Source: an uncultured Alphaproteobacteria bacterium (GTDB lineage: Bacteria; Pseudomonadota; Alphaproteobacteria; HIMB59). From it: a stretch of 56,074 bases of DNA. The stretch is taken from positions 1 through 56,074 of the forward strand of contig CACMWO010000001.1 in NCBI GenBank assembly GCA_902617465.1, read 5' to 3'. Positions within the stretch are counted from its first letter, which is position 1. Every line of letters starts with the position of its first letter. Shown in pieces: positions 19,835-29,386 of this stretch. Both the position numbers and the translations under genes were made by a program. The notes below the pieces were generated by a model that was not told the DNA's origin, ran no database searches, and worked only from the letters and a program-made list of their open reading frames with translations.

Positions 19835-20727
19835 TTAATAAAAAAATTCTAATTATTGGCTCTCAGGGTTTTTTAGGAAGAAACCTTAACAACTATTTCT
19901 CTAAACTTGGATATGAAGTAAAAACATTATCAAGATTAAATGGCGATTTGTTAGAATTTGAATCATGGAAAAATTTATCTGTATCAGACCATTATGAAGC
20001 AATTTATTTTTGTGCAGAGAGATCTGGTAATCAAATTTTTTTTGAAAAAAATTCTTCATTTGATTTGATAAAGCATAACCAAAAACTAATAATAAATTTA
20101 GATAAATTTATGCAAAGTTTGAAAAATCCAACAAAATTTTTTACCTTTGGAAGTTTGTGGACAGCATTCCATAAACTTGAGGAAATTGAAGAAAAAAATT
20201 TATTTTGTCATTATCATGAAGCAAGTGTTGCAGGTCTAAAAATTACAAAAATTATACTTTTTGAACTTATAAAGAAACTCAATAAATTTACACAGCACAA
20301 AGCTTCAATAATTACTACAGGCACACTTTATGGGCCAATGGATCAAAGTGATCATTTAATTCCTTCAATACTGTCAAAATTATCCTTGTATCCTAAAGAA
20401 TTAAAAATGTTTGGAAAAGGAGACTCCATAAGAAATTATACATATGTTGAGGATTTATGTTTTTGGTTAAATGAAATTTTAAAATCAAATCATATATGTC
20501 CAGATAATATTATAGTGGCATCTGATAAAAATCACCCTGTACAATATGTAATAGAAACTTTGGCAAGTAGGTTTGAAGTTCAGAAATTAATTTGGGGAGA
20601 CAAAGCTGACAATTTTAAGAGCAGAGTCCCAAATACAAAACAATTTTCATTATTGTATAATACAGAAGGATACCATTTTCGTGGAATAGACTCATTCAAT
20701 AAAGATGAGCTACTTAAGTGGATTTAA
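19831..20727 (+). CDS. NAD(P)-dependent epimerase/reductase (atypical SDR)
   Basis: IIGSQGFLG, LYGP, GKGDSIRNYTYVEDL; no clear YxxxK. Confidence 0.75.
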   Translation: MINKKILIIGSQGFLGRNLNNYFSKLGYEVKTLSRLNGDLLEFESWKNLSVSDHYEAIYFCAERSGNQIFFEKNSSFDLIKHNQKLIINLDKFMQSLKNPTKFFTFGSLWTAFHKLEEIEEKNLFCHYHEASVAGLKITKIILFELIKKLNKFTQHKASIITTGTLYGPMDQSDHLIPSILSKLSLYPKELKMFGKGDSIRNYTYVEDLCFWLNEILKSNHICPDNIIVASDKNHPVQYVIETLASRFEVQKLIWGDKADNFKSRVPNTKQFSLLYNTEGYHFRGIDSFNKDELLKWI

Positions 20728-20819
20728 TTTATTTCATTTAATAAATTTAAGTTCTTTTATTGCAAATTTTTTAAATCAAAATATAAATCAACTACTATGG
20801 GTTCTTTTAAATATTTTTT

Positions 20820-21728
20820 ATGAAAAAATTTATTATTACTACAACAATAAACACACCTACTAAAGCAATAAGAAAGTTTGATAACAATCCTGATTGGAGC
20901 TTGATTGTTATAGGTGATAAAAAAACCCCAAAAGATTATAATTTAAAAAATGGTATTTATATTTCACCAGATGAACAAGAGCATTATGATAAAAGTTTAT
21001 CAGATGCAATTGGCTGGAATTGTATTCAAAGAAGAAATTTTGGATTTTTAAAAGCATACGATTTAGGTGCAGATATTATTGCTACAATAGATGATGATAA
21101 CATCCCTTTAAACAATTGGGGTGATGAAATATATGTAAACAAAAATATAGAAATAGAATGCTATGATACAGATCAAATAGCATTTGATCCACTTTATGTA
21201 ACTAATTACAAGCATCTATGGCATAGAGGTTTCCCAATACAATTGATAAATAAAAGAAATTGTAAAAAAACTAAAAATCAAATTACAGTTGATATACAAG
21301 CTGATTTTTGGAATGGGGATCCAGATATTGATGCTATATGTAGAATTGAACATGCACCAATTTGTGAATTTGATATAAATAACTTCCCATTCACCTCTTT
21401 TCAATTTTCTCCATTTAATTCACAGAATACTTTTTTATCAAAAAAAGTATTAAAAGATTATTTTATGTTCCCGCATATAGGTAGAATGGATGATATTTGG
21501 GCTTCTTATTATGTCGAGTCACTAAATTACAAGGTCGTTTATGGAAAACCAACTGTATACCAAGAAAGAAATGACCATAATTTAATCAATGATATGAAGA
21601 AAGAATATATCGGGTACGAAAATAATTTAGAACTTTTAAAGGACCTAAAACTTTCACCTGATAAAATTAATAAATATTTACCTGAAAGATCTAGAGAAGC
21701 TTTTAAATTATACCAAAGACATTTTTAA
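20820..21728 (+). CDS. STELLO/DUF288 (RGP/GT75-related) glycosyltransferase-like protein
   Basis: TTTINTPT, VIGDKKTP, RRNFGFLKAY, IDDDN, WHRGFP, GDPDIDA, FNSQNT, RMDDIW, QERNDH. Confidence 0.75.
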   Translation: MKKFIITTTINTPTKAIRKFDNNPDWSLIVIGDKKTPKDYNLKNGIYISPDEQEHYDKSLSDAIGWNCIQRRNFGFLKAYDLGADIIATIDDDNIPLNNWGDEIYVNKNIEIECYDTDQIAFDPLYVTNYKHLWHRGFPIQLINKRNCKKTKNQITVDIQADFWNGDPDIDAICRIEHAPICEFDINNFPFTSFQFSPFNSQNTFLSKKVLKDYFMFPHIGRMDDIWASYYVESLNYKVVYGKPTVYQERNDHNLINDMKKEYIGYENNLELLKDLKLSPDKINKYLPERSREAFKLYQRHF

Positions 21729-21746
21729 AATTATAAATATCAATAG

Positions 21747-22676
21747 TTATACAAGTTCCTCTATTCCAGTATTTTTCCAATCTTTTAAATATTTGTCACA
21801 ATCTATACAGTTCTTTTTATCGCCAGGTCTTCTTTTTGACTCACCACAATCTGTAGCAAATATTTCAAAATTATTCTTATTTTTTTTTCTAACCCTTAAA
21901 AAAAGAATATTATTATTTTTTTCAATTGTTTTTTTTTCAAAAGACAAACCATTCCAATCTAGATAATGGTAGAGTAAATGCTCGGCATGCGTGTAATGTT
22001 TTAAATCATTGGCATCATTCATATTATTATATTGATCTAATAGAATATCCATTTTATCTGATGGCCCTATTGCGAACCTGTCATGTATACACTTTTTATC
22101 ATTAAATTTGCCAAATGAGCCGCAACCATCTCTTTCATTGTGAAAAAAAGGTATAGTAATTTTATTTTTTGGAAAGTTATTTATATTTGGTATTGGCTTT
22201 ATAAACAAAACATCAGCTCTTAGTCTTAATTTAAAATCGTATTTAAAATTATTCTCATTTTCATAGTTTTTAATTAGCTTATTACATTCAAAAAGAGCAT
22301 ATATCATTTGTAAATAAGATTCTTTGCCTTTTCCAAAATTTCTTACATTAATCTTAGATTGATTAGATAAAAATTTATCTTTTGTTATAATTATTTTTTT
22401 GAAAGGTAACTTTTTTCTTATTTCTTCAACATTGATTGGATTATTTGTATTAATTTTTTTTTTTGGCTTAAAAAAATCCAATATTTTATATAGTACATCT
22501 TTAGATGAGTTTATTATTCCTCTATAAAATAATTTTTTTTTACCAATTTCAGAATAATATATAAAAATATCTGGATTATCTAATTGATCAAAAACATTAC
22601 GTTTTAAGTTTTTACTAGTGATATTTAAAAAATCAAGTCTTCCAGTTATACAAACTGCTGTACGCAATTTTTTCAT
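21747..22676 (-). CDS. Hypothetical protein, putative GT-A glycosyltransferase
   Basis: AVCITGRL, YDFKLRLRADV, DRFAIG and HAEHLL pattern seen in uncharacterised glycan-locus proteins. Confidence 0.5.
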   Translation of the reverse strand: MKKLRTAVCITGRLDFLNITSKNLKRNVFDQLDNPDIFIYYSEIGKKKLFYRGIINSSKDVLYKILDFFKPKKKINTNNPINVEEIRKKLPFKKIIITKDKFLSNQSKINVRNFGKGKESYLQMIYALFECNKLIKNYENENNFKYDFKLRLRADVLFIKPIPNINNFPKNKITIPFFHNERDGCGSFGKFNDKKCIHDRFAIGPSDKMDILLDQYNNMNDANDLKHYTHAEHLLYHYLDWNGLSFEKKTIEKNNNILFLRVRKKNKNNFEIFATDCGESKRRPGDKKNCIDCDKYLKDWKNTGIEELV

Positions 22677-22731
22677 AGAAAAAAATTATATATATTAAAA
22701 AATTAAATAGTATACATTTTAAAAATTCATT

Positions 22732-23424
22732 ATGAGTAATATTTACGCAAATAAAATTCATGAAATAAAAACTATAAAGGAACCTTTTGATCACTTTGTA
22801 ATTGATAATTTTATCGATATTGATCTTTTTAAAAATATTTATGATTCCATCGATAATATTGATACTTTGAATGTATTTACTAAATCGAAAGGTAGATTTG
22901 GATTAAATTTCAATGATTGGTCTAAGCATAAATATCTAAATCAAATTAAAAAAGATATTTTTAATGATGAAATAAGAGCTACATTAATCAATAAGTTTAG
23001 CAACCAGATAAAAAAAAAGCAGCCTAAATCTTTAGACTCAAATTGGAATGCTACATTAACATACGATAACAGTGCATATAAAATACAAAAACATCGTGAC
23101 AATAACATTAAACAAGTAACTTTTATTTTTTATATTAAAGGTGGAGTTTCCGGGACTATATTACATAAGAATTTTTTTAATATCATTAATAAAGAAAAGG
23201 ACAAAAGAATTGAATTTAAAGAAAATAGATTATTGTGTTTTAGCTCTTTCATAAATACATGGCATAGTGTTGAAAAACCAAAAACACCTCAAAATAGATT
23301 TACTATACAAGCTTATTTGGAGTTTTCAGAAGAACCTTACTTAAAATGGACATCAAACGGTTATCCAAACTTATTTAATAAAATAAAAAATAAATTAATC
23401 CCACGATCTAAAGACAAAATATGA
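22732..23424 (+). CDS. 2-oxoglutarate/Fe(II)-dependent oxygenase
   Basis: EPFDHFVIDNF, HxD (HRD), distal His (WHSV) and Arg (NRFT). Confidence 0.75.
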   Translation: MSNIYANKIHEIKTIKEPFDHFVIDNFIDIDLFKNIYDSIDNIDTLNVFTKSKGRFGLNFNDWSKHKYLNQIKKDIFNDEIRATLINKFSNQIKKKQPKSLDSNWNATLTYDNSAYKIQKHRDNNIKQVTFIFYIKGGVSGTILHKNFFNIINKEKDKRIEFKENRLLCFSSFINTWHSVEKPKTPQNRFTIQAYLEFSEEPYLKWTSNGYPNLFNKIKNKLIPRSKDKI

Positions 23425-23454
23425 CGATCATAAAAAATTAATTAAATTTAAAAA

Positions 23455-24273
23455 ATGAATTTTTTTAGACTTAAAAGATCAATCATATCATTATTTAAAA
23501 ATCCCCAAAAAATTTTCTACTTTAAAAGATATTATGGTGTTTATAAAAATTTATTTAATATGTCAAAACCATATCAACACTTTAAAATTAACAGAAAATT
23601 TCAAATTTTAGATGAAACATTTGAGATTATTAAAAATATTAATGAACACAAAAAAATTAAGATAATAAATATAAAAAAATTATATTATTTAAAAAAAAAT
23701 AAAAAATTAATTTACCTTCATGATTTATTTAATAAAAGTGGCACTGATAAAAATAACAATGAATATGACTTAATTTATATTTATTTATTCAAAAAAATTA
23801 ATTTCAAATTTAAAAGAATTCTAGAAATTGGCATTGGATCAAATAATTTAAAGATTGATGGCAATATGGGCTATCAAGCGATACCAGGTGCCTCTTTGAT
23901 AGCCTTAAGTAAATTTTTTGAAACAGCAAAGATATACGGGGCCGACATAGATCCCAATATAAGAATAAATCAAAAAAATATTAAAACATTTGTTGTTGAT
24001 CAAACATCTAGAAAATCTTTGTCTCATTTTTCTAAAAAAACTAATTATTTTGATTTAATAATTGATGATGGTTTACATTTACCTCATGCTAATTTACTAA
24101 CTTTCGAAATACTCTCAAATAAACTCTCCAAAAACGGTATTTATATAATAGAAGATATTGATTTTGAATTTTTGAAAATTTATATAACATTAAGTAAATT
24201 AATCATTTCATCTTACAAAGTTGAAATATTTAAGACAAAAAAAAGGTATTTATTTGCCGCTATAAAATTATGA
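23455..24273 (+). CDS. SAM-dependent sugar O-methyltransferase (MycE-like)
   Basis: GTDK, ILEIGIG, GASL, IYGADID, VDQ, FDLIIDDGLH, GIYIIEDI. Confidence 0.75.
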   Translation: MNFFRLKRSIISLFKNPQKIFYFKRYYGVYKNLFNMSKPYQHFKINRKFQILDETFEIIKNINEHKKIKIINIKKLYYLKKNKKLIYLHDLFNKSGTDKNNNEYDLIYIYLFKKINFKFKRILEIGIGSNNLKIDGNMGYQAIPGASLIALSKFFETAKIYGADIDPNIRINQKNIKTFVVDQTSRKSLSHFSKKTNYFDLIIDDGLHLPHANLLTFEILSNKLSKNGIYIIEDIDFEFLKIYITLSKLIISSYKVEIFKTKKRYLFAAIKL

Positions 24274-24671
24274 GTTTAATAAAAACAATTAATTTTCCAC
24301 CTTTAGGTGACGATCGTGGTTCTCTGGTTGCACTAGAAAGCTTTAAAACTGTTCCTTTTGAAATTAAAAGGGTTTATTACATCTTTGGAACAAAAGAAGG
24401 TGTTGCTAGAGGCTTTCATGCTCACAAAAGTATAAAACAAGTAATGGTTTGTGTAACAGGTTCTTGTAATATCTTATTAGATAATGGCTTAAAGCGAGAA
24501 GAGGTTCTTCTTGACTCTCCAACAAAAGGACTTTTGATTGAAGATCTTATTTGGCGAGAAATGCATAGTTTTTCCCCAGATTGTGTTTTAATTATCTTGG
24601 CTAATGAATATTACAAAGAAAATGATTATATCAGAGATTATCAAGAATTTTTATCGGCCATAAAGAATTAG
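24270..24671 (+). CDS. fdtA: dTDP-4-keto-6-deoxyglucose 3,4-ketoisomerase (FdtA/QdtA)
   Basis: DDRGSLVALE, PFEIKRVYY, RGFHAHK, WREMH, DYIRDY. Confidence 0.9.
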   Translation: MSLIKTINFPPLGDDRGSLVALESFKTVPFEIKRVYYIFGTKEGVARGFHAHKSIKQVMVCVTGSCNILLDNGLKREEVLLDSPTKGLLIEDLIWREMHSFSPDCVLIILANEYYKENDYIRDYQEFLSAIKN

Positions 24672-24763
24672 GTTTATATTAAACTTATAGAGATACATAT
24701 ATTTGAAGTACTTTTATAAATTATAATGGATGCTATATTTGGTAATAAAATAATGTTCAATTT

Positions 24764-25240
24764 ATGATGATCCATAAGTTAAGTGATGTGCAAACTAGTA
24801 AAATAGGAAAAGGTACAACTATTTGGCAGTATTGTACAATCCTTGCCGGTGCTTCAATTGGTAAAAACTGTAATATTTGCTCGCACTGTTTTATTGAAAA
24901 TAATGTTGTATTAGGTGACAGAGTAACTGTTAAAAATGGTGTAATCATCTATGACAATATACACATAGAAAATGATGTTTTTATTGGACCAGGTGTAATT
25001 TTTACAAACGACATTTACCCACGAAGTATTAGAGTGGGAGGTCAAGATAAAAATAACTTTCCAAATACAATCGTGCGAGAAGGTGCTTCAATAGGTGGCG
25101 GTACCGTGATTTTACCAGGTATAGAAATTGGTAAAAAATCTATTATTGGAGCCGGTGCTGTGGTCACAAAGGACGTTGCAAATGGATCTGTTGTTTATGG
25201 TTCACCAGCAAAGTTCAAAAGAAATATAGATGATATTTAA
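24764..25240 (+). CDS. Hexapeptide-repeat N-acyltransferase (WxcM/QdtC-like)
   Basis: IHKLSDVQT, IWQYC, CNICSHCFIEN, FTNDIYPRS, GAGAVVTKDV. Confidence 0.85.
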   Translation: MMIHKLSDVQTSKIGKGTTIWQYCTILAGASIGKNCNICSHCFIENNVVLGDRVTVKNGVIIYDNIHIENDVFIGPGVIFTNDIYPRSIRVGGQDKNNFPNTIVREGASIGGGTVILPGIEIGKKSIIGAGAVVTKDVANGSVVYGSPAKFKRNIDDI

Positions 25241-25309
25241 TAGGATAAATAATTCTAAGAAAGGTGAGATTATGAACATATTTTTTTATGTTTTTTTTCT
25301 AGCTTTAAA

Positions 25310-26416
25310 GTGAAAATTCCTTTTCTTGATGTTGGCGCAACTTATCTTGAATTAAAGCAAGAAATTGATGATGCGGTCTCACGAGTACTTAATAGTGGAT
25401 GCTACATACTTGGACCTGAAGTAGAAGCATTTGAAAATGATTGGGCTAAATATTGCGGTGCTAATTATTCTGTTGGTCTTGCAAGTGGTTTAGATTCAAT
25501 TTCTCTTGCCTTAAGAGCTTTAAATATAGGTAATAATGATGAAGTAATAGTTCCATCTCATACATACATTGCAACCTGGATTGCAATAACTTCTGTTGGT
25601 GCCATACCCATCCCAGTTGAACCCGATCCTAAAACTTATAATATTGATCCAAAAAAAGTTGAAGATGTAATTTCACCAAAAACAAAAGTAATTCTTCCAG
25701 TTCATCTTTATGGACAACCTGCGGATATTGGCCAAATTCTAGAAATTGCAAAAAAATATAATATTAATGTTGTTGAAGACGCTGCACAATCTCATGGAGC
25801 GTGCTACAAAGGTAAGCGAATTGGAGCTCATGGAGATATTGTTTGTTGGAGCTTCTATCCTGGAAAAAGTTTAGGAGCTTTTGGAGATGCTGGTGCTATT
25901 ACTACAAATAATCCAGATTTAGCAAAAAAAATTATTACACTTCGAAATTATGGAAGCCAAAAAAAATATATAAATGAATTAGAAGGAGTAAACTCTCGTC
26001 TTGATCCCATTCAAGCTGCGATATTGAGAGTTAAATTGAAATATCTTGATAGTTGGAATGAGCGCAGAAAAATAATAGCAAGTATTTATACAAAAGAGCT
26101 TAACAATAGTAGTTTGATTTTACCACATGTACCTGAGTGGGCTGATCCTGTTTGGCACTTGTACGTTATAAGAAGTAATAATAGAGATCTTTTAAAAACT
26201 CGTCTAAATGAGGCTGGAGTAGAAACTATCCTGCATTATCCCATTCCTCCTCATTTACAAGATGCATTTCAAAATTTAAAAATAACTGAAAAATCTTATC
26301 CTATTGCTCGACAAATAGCAGGAGAGGTGCTCAGTCTTCCAATTGGTCCGCATCTTGAACCTCAACATTCTGAAAAAATTGTTTCAATTTTAAAATCATC
26401 CTTAAAAAAAAAATAA
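25310..26416 (+). CDS. fdtB: DegT/DnrJ-family sugar 3-aminotransferase (FdtB/QdtB)
   Basis: [42 protein letters not shown]; GTG start; follows fdtA. Confidence 0.88.
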   Translation: MKIPFLDVGATYLELKQEIDDAVSRVLNSGCYILGPEVEAFENDWAKYCGANYSVGLASGLDSISLALRALNIGNNDEVIVPSHTYIATWIAITSVGAIPIPVEPDPKTYNIDPKKVEDVISPKTKVILPVHLYGQPADIGQILEIAKKYNINVVEDAAQSHGACYKGKRIGAHGDIVCWSFYPGKSLGAFGDAGAITTNNPDLAKKIITLRNYGSQKKYINELEGVNSRLDPIQAAILRVKLKYLDSWNERRKIIASIYTKELNNSSLILPHVPEWADPVWHLYVIRSNNRDLLKTRLNEAGVETILHYPIPPHLQDAFQNLKITEKSYPIARQIAGEVLSLPIGPHLEPQHSEKIVSILKSSLKKK

Positions 26417-26443
26417 TATGATAAATTTCGTGAGTTCAAACCC

Positions 26444-27391
26444 ATGAAAAATTCACCACTAGTTTCAATTATAATTCCATCTTACAATCACGCAAAATAT
26501 ATCTCAAAAGCAATTGATAGTGTTTTAGCTCAGACGTATTTAAATTTTGAAATTATAATTGTAGATGATGGATCAACAGATAACAGCCATGAAATAATTC
26601 TAAATTACAAAGAAAATCCAAAAGTTCATATTATTCTTAACAAAGAAAATAAGGGCCAAAGTAGTGTTTTAAATCAGGCTATAGATATTTCTAATGGAAA
26701 TTATATTGAAATTTTGCCCTCAGATGATTGGTACTTACCTGAAAAGACTGCTTTGCAAGTTGCAAAATTTGAGCTTTGTGGGCAGGATGTTGGAGTGGTA
26801 TATGCTGCTGGTAAAAGATTTTATGAAGATACAGGTAAAACAAAAATAATAAATTTACCGATACACAAAGGACGGATAGCGAGAAAATTGATTGAATTGG
26901 GAAATTTTATTTACCCAGTTACACCTATGTATCGACGCAAAGTTTTTAATAAAGTGAGATTTAGCGAGCAATTTATTGCAGAGGGAGAAGCTATACATAT
27001 GCGAATCTCACTTTATTTTAAATATGAGTACATTAATGATGTTGTTGCTGTGATGCGTGATCACTCTTATAATATTGGTAAAGATGCAGAAAAAATGAAT
27101 TATGAAATTGAGAAGCATAGTGAATGGTATTTCTCTATTCCAGAGCTACCTGAAGATCTAAGAAAACTAAAAAAAAAATACTTATTAAGAAATTATAGAG
27201 TCAAATCAATGCAGCTCATATTTGACCTAGGAATGACAAAGAAGGGAAGAAAAAATATTTATAAAGCATTTAAATTAGAACCATTCTATAGTAAAATTCA
27301 ACATAAACTAATATTAGTATTCATAGCGTCTTTTTTTCCAAAAAAGTTGTTAATTATATTTCGAAAATTTTGGCAAAGAAGTACAACATAA
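26444..27391 (+). CDS. Glycosyltransferase family 2
   Basis: PLVSIIIPSYN, VDDGSTDNS and SDD motifs. Confidence 0.9.
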   Translation: MKNSPLVSIIIPSYNHAKYISKAIDSVLAQTYLNFEIIIVDDGSTDNSHEIILNYKENPKVHIILNKENKGQSSVLNQAIDISNGNYIEILPSDDWYLPEKTALQVAKFELCGQDVGVVYAAGKRFYEDTGKTKIINLPIHKGRIARKLIELGNFIYPVTPMYRRKVFNKVRFSEQFIAEGEAIHMRISLYFKYEYINDVVAVMRDHSYNIGKDAEKMNYEIEKHSEWYFSIPELPEDLRKLKKKYLLRNYRVKSMQLIFDLGMTKKGRKNIYKAFKLEPFYSKIQHKLILVFIASFFPKKLLIIFRKFWQRSTT

Positions 27392-27475
27392 GTTGAGAAA
27401 TACTAAAATGAGTAATCTATACTTTCTAAAACATAATTCTTTTATTTTTAGATTTGCTACTATTAAATTTATTCT

Positions 27476-28375
27476 ATGAAAGCCGTTCATATATTAGGGG
27501 GTCTTGGAAGTCAAATGTTGGCTTATTCTTTATATTTATCTCTTAAAAATGCATACCCAAATGAAAAAGTTATATGTGATTTCACAGCTATGCATAAATA
27601 TGGTCACGTTTGTCATAATGGAGAGGAGCTAACAAAAATTTTTGATATTAAAGAACAATATATTCCATCTTATTTAGCAGCGATAGTGTATTCAAAAAAT
27701 CCTTTTTTTAGAATTTTGAGAAAATTATCAAAAATATTTGGTATAATTAAATTTCACGATGCACTCCAAAAAAAATATAATTTTGATGAAAGTGTATTTA
27801 ATAAAAAAGGAACTGTGATATACCACCAGTGCTGGACATCATGGAAATATTTTCTAGGGGTAGAGCCTCAAATAAAAGAAATTTTTAAGTTTAAACCAAT
27901 CAAAGGAGAAAAAAATATTGAAACGCAAAAGAAAATTCTTTCTTCAAATTCAATATCTGTTCATATAAGACGAGGAGATTATATAGGCTCCAAGTTTTCA
28001 GAGGGCTTAGTAGATAATATTTCATATTATAGAAGAGCGTTTGAAATTATTAATAAAAAAATAACTAATCCGCACTTTTTTTTATTCTCTGATGACCCTA
28101 AATGGGTTGCTGAAAAATTAATAAAAGAAATTCAAGGTGCTTCAGTAACTCAAATTGATTGGAATAGTTCTTATGATAGCTATATAGACATGCAACTTAT
28201 GGCAAGTTGCCGCCACCACATTATACCTAATAGCTCATTTTCATGGATGGCAGCTTATCTTGCTAAATCACCAGAGCAAATTGTTATTTCACCAAAAAAC
28301 TGGAGTGGTGACCTTTCAACTGGTATCGAACTTAAAGATATGAATATGCCTGACTGGCTAGTCATAGAAAATTAA
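27476..28375 (+). CDS. Glycosyltransferase family 11 (alpha-1,2-fucosyltransferase-like)
   Basis: GGLGSQM, VHIRRGDY, FSDDPKW, DMQLM, NSSFSWMAAYL. Confidence 0.9.
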   Translation: MKAVHILGGLGSQMLAYSLYLSLKNAYPNEKVICDFTAMHKYGHVCHNGEELTKIFDIKEQYIPSYLAAIVYSKNPFFRILRKLSKIFGIIKFHDALQKKYNFDESVFNKKGTVIYHQCWTSWKYFLGVEPQIKEIFKFKPIKGEKNIETQKKILSSNSISVHIRRGDYIGSKFSEGLVDNISYYRRAFEIINKKITNPHFFLFSDDPKWVAEKLIKEIQGASVTQIDWNSSYDSYIDMQLMASCRHHIIPNSSFSWMAAYLAKSPEQIVISPKNWSGDLSTGIELKDMNMPDWLVIEN

Positions 28376-28399
28376 ATTGATTAGAAGACTTTAATCTGT

Positions 28400-29386
28400 C
28401 TAAAGAAGATCATTATTTTTTTTTGAAACTGACTTACTTGTATACCAATCAATAGTATTTTTTAAACCGTTACTCAAGCTTACCTTAGGGTTATAGCCTA
28501 GACCCCTTATTTTATTTATGTTAGGGCAACGACGCTTAGTAGAACCCTCCATTGCTGGCAAGTTCTTAATAATTATTTTAACATCCATGTGATTGGCAAT
28601 TAATTGAACAAGTTCTTTTATCTTAATTTCGTTGTCGTTACCTATGTTATATATTTCTCTGTCTGAGCCATATTCAGTCATTCTTAAAATACCTGACACA
28701 ATGTCATCTATGTAGCAAAAAGATCTACTGTCCTCTCCGTCTCCTCTTATTTCAAGTTGTATAGTTCGACTATTCAACCTTTCAATTTCTTTTTGTATAC
28801 GCTCTATAAATTGAGGAATGACATGTTTCCATCCCATATCAGGGCCATAAACGTTATGAGGGCGGAAAATTAGAATCTTTTTAAAATGGTCTTTACCAAT
28901 ATTCATTGCAATTAGCTCTGAGGCTATTTTTGAGCAACCATAAGAGTAACGGGGATTTGTTGAATTTGGTAAACATAATTCAACTTCTTCAGATGTTGGA
29001 ATTATTTTGGGTGTTTGATAAACTTCTGCACTTGAGGCTACAATAAGATTTTCAATTCCAGCCTCTATCGCAGTTTCTGCTACTGCAAACATTCCTTTAA
29101 TACCGACATCTAAAACTAAATCAGGTTTATTATAAAAATTCTCAGTGCCATTTACTGCAGCAAGGTGGAAAACAGTTTTGCATCCTTTAAACGCATCAAA
29201 AAGACTTACCTTGTCTCTCACATCGGCACTAAACAACTTAAAATTATTTGATATTCCACTTAAACGTTCTGCCTCTCCTCTAAGATTATTATCTATACCA
29301 TTTACAAAAAAATTTTGTGACACAAGTGCACGACACAAATAAGCTCCTATAAAACCACTGGCTCCAGTAACGGCAACTTTATTCAT
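28400..29386 (-). CDS. NAD-dependent epimerase/decarboxylase (UDP-xylose synthase/ArnA-like SDR)
   Basis: TGASGFIG, ASSAEVY, NPRYSYGCSK, RPHNVYGP, SRSFCYIDD, RRCPNI. Confidence 0.75.
   Translation of the reverse strand: MNKVAVTGASGFIGAYLCRALVSQNFFVNGIDNNLRGEAERLSGISNNFKLFSADVRDKVSLFDAFKGCKTVFHLAAVNGTENFYNKPDLVLDVGIKGMFAVAETAIEAGIENLIVASSAEVYQTPKIIPTSEEVELCLPNSTNPRYSYGCSKIASELIAMNIGKDHFKKILIFRPHNVYGPDMGWKHVIPQFIERIQKEIERLNSRTIQLEIRGDGEDSRSFCYIDDIVSGILRMTEYGSDREIYNIGNDNEIKIKELVQLIANHMDVKIIIKNLPAMEGSTKRRCPNINKIRGLGYNPKVSLSNGLKNTIDWYTSKSVSKKNNDLL

Noticed and set aside
26404-26416. Possible fifth frameshift at the A10 run ending the aminotransferase
   Set aside because: The protein is already full length (368 aa) and no conserved domain follows in other frames
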